A stretch of 64,000 nt of DNA. It comes from Obrimoposthia wandeli (taxonomy: Eukaryota). How positions within the stretch are numbered: position 1 is the stretch's first letter; the number at the start of each line of letters is the position of its first letter. Below are positions 56,541 to 64,000 of the stretch, one piece after another. The notes beneath the pieces are model-generated. The model saw nothing but the letters and a program-made list of their open reading frames with translations. It was not told the DNA's origin and ran no database searches. The stretch is taken from the NCBI GenBank assembly GCA_977020255.1, contig CDROCS010000506.1, forward strand, positions 3,658,001 through 3,722,000, in the 5' to 3' direction. Both the position numbers and the translations under genes were made by a program.

Positions 56541-57666
56541 ATTCATCATCCTTCTTTGCATTGTACCGCATCTGCTATGGGCGAAAAGTATACCTGCTGA
56601 AAAGCAATCTCAAGCAGCAGTGATCACGTCAACGATTAATGAATATCATCCAGTGGTTGGGCAAAAGGTAACGATAAACTATTTGCTTGCGGTGAAAGGG
56701 TATTTTAATGGCGCAACACGATTTCAATTACCTTCTTTATCCAAAGCACGTTTGGCACAAACATCCCAATTTGCCATTAATGGTAGCACTGTCATGGACG
56801 GTGACAAATATGCGACTCAGCTTTGGCAAATAGACGTATACCCAGAGCATAGCGGTTTACTCGAATTACCGGCTTTGAGTTTCAATGTTAAATATAATGG
56901 CGCTGAAGGTGATAATCATGTGGCTCAATTGCGCAGTGAAAACTTAGCCGTATTTGCTTATGTGCCTGAACCTTTAAAACAAATTAAAAAATATATCGTG
57001 TCTAGCGATGTGCAGCTTACTCAACGTTGGTCTGAACCGCAGACGAGTTATCAAGTAGGGGATATCATTCAGCGAGAGATCACGATTAAAGCCGCTGATA
57101 TAAAGAGTATCCAAATACCGGCAATCAAGTTTCCTATTGTTGATGGTATACAAATCAATGCCCAAGAGCCAAAGCTTGATGATCAAAGTAATCGTGGAGA
57201 GCAAACCGGATCAATAAAGCAAACGATCACTTATGTCATCAAACAGGCTGGTGATTATCAGCTTGGCGGTGAACCGTTAAATTGGTGGCATCTCGAAAAA
57301 GGTTTACAGCAAAGTTACTTTGAAGAAAATACTATCAAGGTATCTGGTTTTAGCCCTCTGCAAAAAAAACGCTTAATTATCATCAGCACCGTTATTCTAT
57401 TATTGTTATTTAGCTATTTAAAATATCGAAAAATGCCACCCAGTCTTAATTCCCAGCTTAAAAAATCGTTAAAAAACAAACAGTGGCCACGGTTTATCGC
57501 TTTGCTTTACCAAAAAGCAGATCTACATGCTAATTTGGGGTTATTGAAAGAAAATCAAAATAGTGAAACCGTCGCGCAGTTATTTGAAACGTCTTATCAA
57601 GCACCGGCCAAAACAGCTGGAAAAGATAAGTTCAGCGCCTGCAAATTAAAAGAATTAATCAAATGA
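56533..57666 (+). CDS. BatD-like protein
   Basis: Signal peptide, Ig-like repeats, VGD.IQR.ITI, WW, C-terminal TM; standard position in the Bat gene order. Confidence 0.78.
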   Translation: MNRFIILLCIVPHLLWAKSIPAEKQSQAAVITSTINEYHPVVGQKVTINYLLAVKGYFNGATRFQLPSLSKARLAQTSQFAINGSTVMDGDKYATQLWQIDVYPEHSGLLELPALSFNVKYNGAEGDNHVAQLRSENLAVFAYVPEPLKQIKKYIVSSDVQLTQRWSEPQTSYQVGDIIQREITIKAADIKSIQIPAIKFPIVDGIQINAQEPKLDDQSNRGEQTGSIKQTITYVIKQAGDYQLGGEPLNWWHLEKGLQQSYFEENTIKVSGFSPLQKKRLIIISTVILLLLFSYLKYRKMPPSLNSQLKKSLKNKQWPRFIALLYQKADLHANLGLLKENQNSETVAQLFETSYQAPAKTAGKDKFSACKLKELIK

Positions 57667-59846
57667 GTTATTTAATGCCTTTAATCATGTTGTTGTTCAA
57701 CTTAATTTTATTCTCGTTAAGCCCTGTTGTGCTTGCCCAGCCCAGTTATATGGTTAATGAAAACTATGTGGGTAACGATACTTGTATTGATTGCCATCAA
57801 AGTGAAGTGGCAAGTTGGAAGCCGTCTCATCACGCCAACTCTATGCAGCCAGCTAGCGACAAAAGTGTACTTGGGAATTTTAATAACATTCGCTTTGAGT
57901 CTAAAGACGGCTGGACTATTTTCAATCAAGACCAAGCGGGTTATTACATTGAAACTGGGCAGACAGGTCAAAAAGGCCGGCGCTATGAAGTGCCTTACGT
58001 ATTTGCTTATACACCTTTACAGCAAATATTGGTTGATATTGGTAAGGGGCGCTTACAAGCATACCCTGTGGCTTGGGATTCTCGAGATAAAGAAGAAGGA
58101 GGCCAACGTTGGTACAGCCTTTATGAAGACACGCATACACCAGGTACTCCTTTTAATTGGCAGGGGCAGTTTAACAATTGGAACGCCCGTTGCGCTGAGT
58201 GTCACTCCACGGATCTAAAGCGTGGCTATGATGTCGAAAAAGACAGTTACAACACGACATTTAGTGAAGTAAATGTCAGTTGTGAAGCTTGCCACGGACC
58301 AGCTGAAAAACATATCAACTTAACCAAAGCGCAGCAAGGCTCAGTTGCCAATTCAGGCTTTAAAAACAAGCAGTATAAAAAGTTGGATTGGATATTCCAA
58401 GATGGGAAGAATACTGCCGAGGTACTTCAAGGCAAACCCGTTTCTATTGACCATGGCCAACCAGACCAATGCGCAGCATGCCATAGTCGACGTGCATCAT
58501 TAACTGATGGCAATGATCCAAGTGAGTTTACTCAGCACTATATTCCGCGTTTGGCACTACCTGAGCTATATTACAGTGATGGACAAATTCAGGATGAAGT
58601 ATACGTTTATGGTTCATTCAGTCAAAGCAAGATGGCGGCTGCTGGTGTGACTTGCAGTAATTGCCACGATCCCCATTCTGGTAAGGTGCTAACACTAGAT
58701 AATAACCTGTGTGCGCAGTGTCATGTGCCAAGCAAGTTTGATACACCTGAGCATACACTGCATGATTCAGGATCACCCGGTGGCCAATGTATTGACTGCC
58801 ACATGCCTGAAAAACGTTACATGGGCGTCGATGATCGTCGTGATCATGCTTTCCGTATTCCGAATCCTTGGGTGAGCGAAAAACTAGGCACACCGGATGT
58901 ATGTTTAGACTGCCACCAAGATAAGAATAGCCAATGGTCACAAGGCCAGTTAAAGAGTAGAAAAGCTGACGTATTTGGTCAATACGACGATATCGGTAGC
59001 GCGTTAGTCCTAAATGCAGAAAATCCGCCACAAGGGCAAGCTAATATCGCGAAACTGGTGGTTGATGAAAGCCAACCTGCAATGCGCCGTGCTGTATTAC
59101 TTGGTCATCTTGATATGACTAAAATGGAAAATATGCAGATCTTGAATGAGGCGGCTAACTCTTCTGAAAGTTTAGTTAAGTTAGGTGTTATTGCTGTTTT
59201 AGAGCGATCTTCACAACAGTTACAATTGCAAGTTGGCTTTGGTCTATTGTATGACGAACATAAAAATGTACGTCTGCAAGCGATTAAATTGCTGGCCCCT
59301 GCATTTCGCCGAGAGCTACCTGAAAAAGCGCAAAAACCAATGCAAGATGCTTTGATGGAAGCGGTCACGACTTATCAAAAGCAACAGGATTTATTATCAG
59401 CACAAATTGCGCTGGCAGACCTCGCTTATAAAGTAGGGGATCTTGAACAAGCGCAGGTGCAGTATTTAAATGCAGTAAGGATCCAGCCCAGCTTTTTACC
59501 AAGTAAGCTTAACCTCGCGAGTGTCTATCGTGAAACCAGCCAGTTAGATAAAGCCCGTGTGTTACTCGAAGAGATATTAGTGGTTGAGCCAAAGCACGCG
59601 ATGGCCTTACATAACTTAGGGTTGATATATGTCGTTAAACGAAACTGGCCTCAAGCCTTGGATGCGCTGATTAAAGCCAAGCAGATTGAACCTGATAATG
59701 CGCGTTTCTCTTTTGTCTATGTATTAGCTTTGGAAGCGAGTGGGAATTATAAGGAAGCGTTACTTCAGGTCGATATGCTGGAACAACGCACACCAGGTGA
59801 TCCCGCGTTAAAACAATTACGAGAGCGGTTACAAAGCCTGCTATAA
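57663..59846 (+). CDS. Octaheme c-type cytochrome fused to HEAT and TPR repeats
   Basis: Eight CxxCH motifs (CIDCH, CAECH, CEACH, CAACH, CSNCH, CAQCH, CIDCH, CLDCH) followed by HEAT-like and TPR repeats. Confidence 0.88.
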   Translation: MSYLMPLIMLLFNLILFSLSPVVLAQPSYMVNENYVGNDTCIDCHQSEVASWKPSHHANSMQPASDKSVLGNFNNIRFESKDGWTIFNQDQAGYYIETGQTGQKGRRYEVPYVFAYTPLQQILVDIGKGRLQAYPVAWDSRDKEEGGQRWYSLYEDTHTPGTPFNWQGQFNNWNARCAECHSTDLKRGYDVEKDSYNTTFSEVNVSCEACHGPAEKHINLTKAQQGSVANSGFKNKQYKKLDWIFQDGKNTAEVLQGKPVSIDHGQPDQCAACHSRRASLTDGNDPSEFTQHYIPRLALPELYYSDGQIQDEVYVYGSFSQSKMAAAGVTCSNCHDPHSGKVLTLDNNLCAQCHVPSKFDTPEHTLHDSGSPGGQCIDCHMPEKRYMGVDDRRDHAFRIPNPWVSEKLGTPDVCLDCHQDKNSQWSQGQLKSRKADVFGQYDDIGSALVLNAENPPQGQANIAKLVVDESQPAMRRAVLLGHLDMTKMENMQILNEAANSSESLVKLGVIAVLERSSQQLQLQVGFGLLYDEHKNVRLQAIKLLAPAFRRELPEKAQKPMQDALMEAVTTYQKQQDLLSAQIALADLAYKVGDLEQAQVQYLNAVRIQPSFLPSKLNLASVYRETSQLDKARVLLEEILVVEPKHAMALHNLGLIYVVKRNWPQALDALIKAKQIEPDNARFSFVYVLALEASGNYKEALLQVDMLEQRTPGDPALKQLRERLQSLL

Positions 59847-59895
59847 AAAAACTATAAAGCCAACTATAAAACCAAGTGAAATAAATGGAGTTGAT

Positions 59896-61608
59896 ATGGT
59901 TTCTAAAAAGATGCAAAAAACAATAACTACGATTGCTTGTCTGCTCGTTACGACAGCGTCGGGAAGTGTACTTGCCAAACCGCAAGGACAACCTAAGTTA
60001 GTACTGCAAATAACGGTAGATGCGTTGCGTGGTGATTTACCAACGCGGTTTTTAGGAAAAATGGAGAAGGGTGGTTTTCGCTATCTACTAGAAGAAGGCG
60101 TTGTATACAACAATGCCCATTATCAGCATGCTAATACTGAAACCATTGTCGGTCATAGCTCTCTAGCGACTGGCGCGCCACCCTCTGTGCACGGTATGGT
60201 CGGTAATGTGTGGTTTGATCGTAAGCTTGATCGCGTCGTTTATAATATTGAAGATGAGGATTACCATCTATTAGGCAGCGGTGGCGTAGATAAAAATACC
60301 GAAATAGACTCAACGCAAAAAGCAGCAAAGGGGGATGGGCGCTCACCATTACCGCTATTATCAAGTACGTTAAGTGATGAGATATATACCGCTTTTAATG
60401 GTAAGTCGAAAGTCTTTGGGGTCTCAGTTAAAGACCGTGCGGCGGTTTCTCTGGCTGGTCAATACGGTAAGGCTCTGTGGTTTTCTAAGTCCACTAAGCA
60501 GTTTGTAAGCAGTGACTACTATTATAAAAATTATCCTGAATGGGTCAATAACTGGAATCAACTTAACAAAGCGGATCAATTCGATCAGCAAAGTTGGTCG
60601 CTTATGTTTGAAGAGCAGGACTACTTATTTTCAAATGAAAAACAGGTTAACTACAAAACTGATTTAGCAGGTTTTGGTCAACGTTTTCCACACCCTTACG
60701 GTAAAGCATCGGGTAAATATTTTGGTACGCTGTTAACGCTTAGTCCTGCAGGTGATGAACTGACGTTAGACTTTGCTAAAACATTAATCGAACAAGAAAA
60801 AATTGGTCAGAATACGGTACCGGATTATCTATCTGTCAGTTTCTCTTCTACAGATTATGTCATTCATATGTTTGGTCCATCGAGTTTAGAGGCTGAGGAT
60901 AATATATTACGTCTAGACCGCACGTTGGCGGAGTTATTCCGTTATGTTGATGCTACGGTAGGGCTAGATAATACTTTGATTGTATTGTCGGCGGATCACG
61001 GCGCGGCTGATGCCCCTGGTTATTTGAATGAATTGGGTGCGAAAAAACCAAAATACTTCGATGAAAAGTTAATGGCGGATGCGGGCATTTATAAAGTATT
61101 AGAACAAAAGTTTGGCGTAGGTAAAGCACTCGTAAAACTTTACTCTAAACCTTATATTTACCTTGATCATAAAGTCATCAAAAGTAATAAACTTAAGCTT
61201 GAGGATGTGCAAGCAGTGCTCGCTAAGGAAATTGAAAAAATTAGTGGCGTTGAATATGCAGTGACAACAGAAGACATTAAGCATGGTCGTTTAGATGATC
61301 AACGTGTCTTACGTTTGGTCGCGAATAACTTTAACAAACAGCGCTCTGGTGATATCCATATTGTGTTTTCTCCGAATACCTTTATTAATGATTTTGATGG
61401 TTTAAAAGTCGCGTCGACTCATGGTTCGCCGTGGTCATATGATACGCATGTACCGATAATATTTGCTGGTATGGATATCGATGATAAGCAGGTAAGTCGC
61501 GCTGTCACGCCTTATGATATTGCGCCAACGATTGCTAACTATCTAGGGATCACTCAGCCAACAGGCACGACAGGTGAAGTATTAAAAGAAGTCGTTACCG
61601 ATGATTAG
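59896..61608 (+). CDS. PafA-type alkaline phosphatase superfamily protein
   Basis: ITVDALR, Thr nucleophile TETIVGH, SVKDR (Lys/Arg pair of PafA), DYVIH, SADHG, THGS; signal peptide. Confidence 0.85.
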   Translation: MVSKKMQKTITTIACLLVTTASGSVLAKPQGQPKLVLQITVDALRGDLPTRFLGKMEKGGFRYLLEEGVVYNNAHYQHANTETIVGHSSLATGAPPSVHGMVGNVWFDRKLDRVVYNIEDEDYHLLGSGGVDKNTEIDSTQKAAKGDGRSPLPLLSSTLSDEIYTAFNGKSKVFGVSVKDRAAVSLAGQYGKALWFSKSTKQFVSSDYYYKNYPEWVNNWNQLNKADQFDQQSWSLMFEEQDYLFSNEKQVNYKTDLAGFGQRFPHPYGKASGKYFGTLLTLSPAGDELTLDFAKTLIEQEKIGQNTVPDYLSVSFSSTDYVIHMFGPSSLEAEDNILRLDRTLAELFRYVDATVGLDNTLIVLSADHGAADAPGYLNELGAKKPKYFDEKLMADAGIYKVLEQKFGVGKALVKLYSKPYIYLDHKVIKSNKLKLEDVQAVLAKEIEKISGVEYAVTTEDIKHGRLDDQRVLRLVANNFNKQRSGDIHIVFSPNTFINDFDGLKVASTHGSPWSYDTHVPIIFAGMDIDDKQVSRAVTPYDIAPTIANYLGITQPTGTTGEVLKEVVTDD

Positions 61609-61624
61609 TATGGTCGATGCCGTG

Positions 61625-61655
61625 AATAATGAGCCTGCATATAGGCTCATTATTT
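61625..61655 (+). terminator. Terminator closing the Bat/cytochrome/phosphatase operon
   Basis: AATAATGAGCCT-gcatat-AGGCTCATTATT. Confidence 0.7.
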
Positions 61656-61766
61656 GTGCTATTTAGCATTAATATTTAAAGCAATATATTGAAACTAAAC
61701 CGCAAACAGCCTACCATCAAAATATCAACAAGACTTAAATCATAGATATTTAGAGAGAGTATACAT

Positions 61767-61973
61767 ATGCACAATGATGACCTTAAAGCGCTGTTAAACA
61801 ACATCCAATCTGCAGTAAATACTGATGCTGCCTCTGGTAGTAATGTAACAACTTACACATTATCAGATGAAGCGCTTACTGAAAAAGGACTTGATGCACT
61901 TGCTGAAAATTTAAAGGGCTACAAAGACGTTAGAATTGACGGTAGCAATTTAGTGCTGACTCACGCTGAATAA
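61767..61973 (+). CDS. Small acidic hypothetical protein (68 aa)
   Basis: AG-rich SD; followed by its own terminator (ACAGAGGCT/AGCCTCTGT, 61992-62016). Confidence 0.6.
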   Translation: MHNDDLKALLNNIQSAVNTDAASGSNVTTYTLSDEALTEKGLDALAENLKGYKDVRIDGSNLVLTHAE

Positions 61974-62248
61974 TAATATTATTTATCGTAAACAGAGGCT
62001 TGTTAACAGCCTCTGTATTTTCTTGTAAATTAGAACGACTTTTCTACTTCTGCATTAAATCTTAAAGTTAATACCCATCTCATACTATCCCCTTATTGCT
62101 TGGCCTACTTACAATTCGATACACTGCTGCCCATTAACAACATGTAAGACATTGACCTTGTTTGCGAGTGTTATTCTACTTTCTATCATGGTTAAAGTCG
62201 CAAGCATGGATCATGGCTACTAATGTAAAATAGAAAGGATTTAGGGAT

Positions 62249-62908
62249 ATGCAGAAGTTTATTGTGTTGATTGTCGCGGTCGCGTTTGTGAACCACTATA
62301 ACCCAAGCCTGTTTAATTTTATTTGGCAAAAAGATGGAGCGTTTAATGCCAGTGGCACCGCAAAAGCATTGTTGTTTGTGCATGACGAATGTGGTGCGCC
62401 TTGCAATACAGCATTAGAACACCTTAAAAGTAAGTCAATAAAGCCTGAAATCATCGATCTAAAAGATAATCCTGAAGGTAGAAAGCGGTTACAGCAGTTC
62501 GTTGACAGTTCGACGTTACCAGTATTGGTCGTGGGTAATAACATTTACAACGGCTTCAATGCGCGCAGCTATAATGAGTTTCTCTACGAAATCAAAGGCG
62601 ACAGTGTTTTTAGTTGGCGAGATAAACGTGTTTACAAGCAACATTTCGATGAGTTTAAGCAACCTAAAGTCGTTATTTATAGTCGTCGAGGTTGTAGTCG
62701 TTGCAGTGATCTACGTGATAGTTTTGATTCATATGGTATTGAATTTATTGAGTGGAATATTAATAACAATAGTGAAGCAAAAACCCGTCATAGTATCCTA
62801 GCACAAGCATACGGTGGCTCAAGTGATGCATTATTGTATGTAGGTACAAGAAGGATCGAGGCGTTCGAAGTTGGTGGTGTGTTGCAGGCAATAGAGGATT
62901 TGATGTGA
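62249..62908 (+). CDS. Membrane-anchored/exported tandem glutaredoxin-like protein
   Basis: N-terminal hydrophobic segment; CGAPC and TLPV (cis-Pro) in domain 1; GCSRC in domain 2. Confidence 0.7.
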   Translation: MQKFIVLIVAVAFVNHYNPSLFNFIWQKDGAFNASGTAKALLFVHDECGAPCNTALEHLKSKSIKPEIIDLKDNPEGRKRLQQFVDSSTLPVLVVGNNIYNGFNARSYNEFLYEIKGDSVFSWRDKRVYKQHFDEFKQPKVVIYSRRGCSRCSDLRDSFDSYGIEFIEWNINNNSEAKTRHSILAQAYGGSSDALLYVGTRRIEAFEVGGVLQAIEDLM

Positions 62909-62918
62909 TTTACTATTG

Positions 62919-63845
62919 TTAATGACCAGCTAGATACTTTGCCGTTATTTCATTCATAAAACTCAGCATTACTTTTAATCGTGGTGATGAACTTTTTTTA
63001 CTAGTGTATATGGCATAAATGGCTACGTTTGGGCTCACTTTTAGTGTGGGTGAAATTCGGACCAACTTCTCCTCGGCCACTAATTTTCGGCAATAAATAT
63101 CTGGTAATAAAGAAATACCTGCACCAGCGACGACAGTGTCACGAACCATCAATACATCTTCAAGTTGATTTGCAGTAGGGAAACTCACTGGATATTCATT
63201 TCCATCGGGAGTTGATGAGCTGAAGTTGGTAGGGTAGTTTTCTTGGGTATGATAATAACGTACATGTTTTTGTATTTCTAACCAACTAGCGTTTTCTAAC
63301 GCAGGGTAAGCGGCTAAATAGGCTGGAGAAGTCATCCAACAGAGTTCAATATCAGCAAGATGTTGTGCATAAAACCCTGAAGGCGCTAATGGACCAAGTT
63401 GAATGGCTAAATCTAACTTATCCTCATACAAATTTAAGGTTTGTGTTGTACTTTTCATATTTAAACGAATGTCTGGGAAACGGGTAACAAAGTCATTTAA
63501 GTGAGGTGTAATTATTTCTCGTGAAAATGCTAAGGTGACAGCGATATTTAATTCACCGACAGAACCTCTTTGACTGAGTTCTTCACCAGCAAGATTAACT
63601 TGTGCAATTAATGGTTGTAGTTGCGTATACAGCTGAATGCCCTCTGGTGTAAGGCGAAGATAGCGACTGTTTCGTTCTAGTAGTTTCATATTAAGCCGCT
63701 CTTCTAAGCGGGTTATTGCTCGGCTAACGCTTGATTTTTGTATGTTTAGGCGGAGTGCTGCTTTTGAAAAACTGTGACTTTCAGCGACGGCAATAAATAA
63801 AGGTAAGTCATTCAAATTCCAATTCATGGTAATCCTAAGTGTCAT
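62919..63845 (-). CDS. LysR-family transcriptional regulator
   Basis: FIAVAESHSFSKAA..L...KSSVSRAI..LEERL..LLERNSR HTH. Confidence 0.92.
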   Translation of the reverse strand: MTLRITMNWNLNDLPLFIAVAESHSFSKAALRLNIQKSSVSRAITRLEERLNMKLLERNSRYLRLTPEGIQLYTQLQPLIAQVNLAGEELSQRGSVGELNIAVTLAFSREIITPHLNDFVTRFPDIRLNMKSTTQTLNLYEDKLDLAIQLGPLAPSGFYAQHLADIELCWMTSPAYLAAYPALENASWLEIQKHVRYYHTQENYPTNFSSSTPDGNEYPVSFPTANQLEDVLMVRDTVVAGAGISLLPDIYCRKLVAEEKLVRISPTLKVSPNVAIYAIYTSKKSSSPRLKVMLSFMNEITAKYLAGH

Positions 63846-63941
63846 GCATAAATCAGCAATAATGATTCATTCGTTATTGAATTTTGCCAATATTCTGAGC
63901 AAAGCAGAGTTTATTCTAGCGATTTATCTGCATTAAGCAAA

Positions 63942-63978
63942 GTTGAAAATGCGCAACGCTGTGTTGCTTTATTGAGAC
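63942..63978. promoter_or_regulatory. Tandem LysR-type T-N11-A sites for a divergent gene beyond the window
   Basis: GTTGAAAATGCGCAAC (63942-63957) and GTTGCTTTATTGAGAC (63963-63978). Confidence 0.5.
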
Positions 63979-64000
63979 TATCAAGGTGATGATGAAATCG

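Noticed and set aside
437-62801. Numerous short ORFs antisense to or nested in long genes (e.g. 1228..1593, 5141..5521, 18715..19110, 57727..58218, 58618..59031)
   Set aside because: They are fully overlapped by well-supported CDS and have no recognisable motifs or ribosome-binding sites.
1-64000. CRISPR array, tRNA or rRNA genes
   Set aside because: I saw no regularly spaced 25-40-bp repeats with unique spacers and no tRNA/rRNA signature sequences.

Overview
This 64 kb window is chromosomal DNA from an AT-rich marine Gammaproteobacterium (Moritella/Vibrionales-like; this is an inference from gene content). It carries about 64 CDS. I saw no rRNA, tRNA, CRISPR array, transposase or integrase. 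Conserved functions include ApbE, a 2-hydroxyacid dehydrogenase, TrpRS II, QueC, SbcDC, PpiC, Ogt, a Vct-type siderophore ABC transporter with a Fur box, an HD-GYP phosphodiesterase and a heme-c diguanylate cyclase. These are mixed with arrays of small accessory genes. Three observations stand out. (1) An unannotated, apparently leaderless 19-aa Trp-Trp leader peptide (3013-3072) is followed by mutually exclusive hairpins that can hide or free the Shine-Dalgarno of an auxiliary trpS. This looks like a translational attenuator. (2) A ~140-bp duplication of the sbcC 3' end plus terminator, whose coding differences are all synonymous, brackets an OMP + SgrR-like insert that has no mobility gene. 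This may be the scar of a homology-anchored gene acquisition. (3) A sulfate/phosphate-ester system is spread over two or three loci. One locus has a CTAGR-type arylsulfatase, a radical-SAM maturase and a HEAT/TPR protein. A second has a paralogous sulfatase followed by a coupled MoxR-DUF58-DUF4381-VWA-VWA/TPR-BatD-octaheme cytochrome/HEAT/TPR-PafA operon. All product calls come from motif recognition, not database searches.
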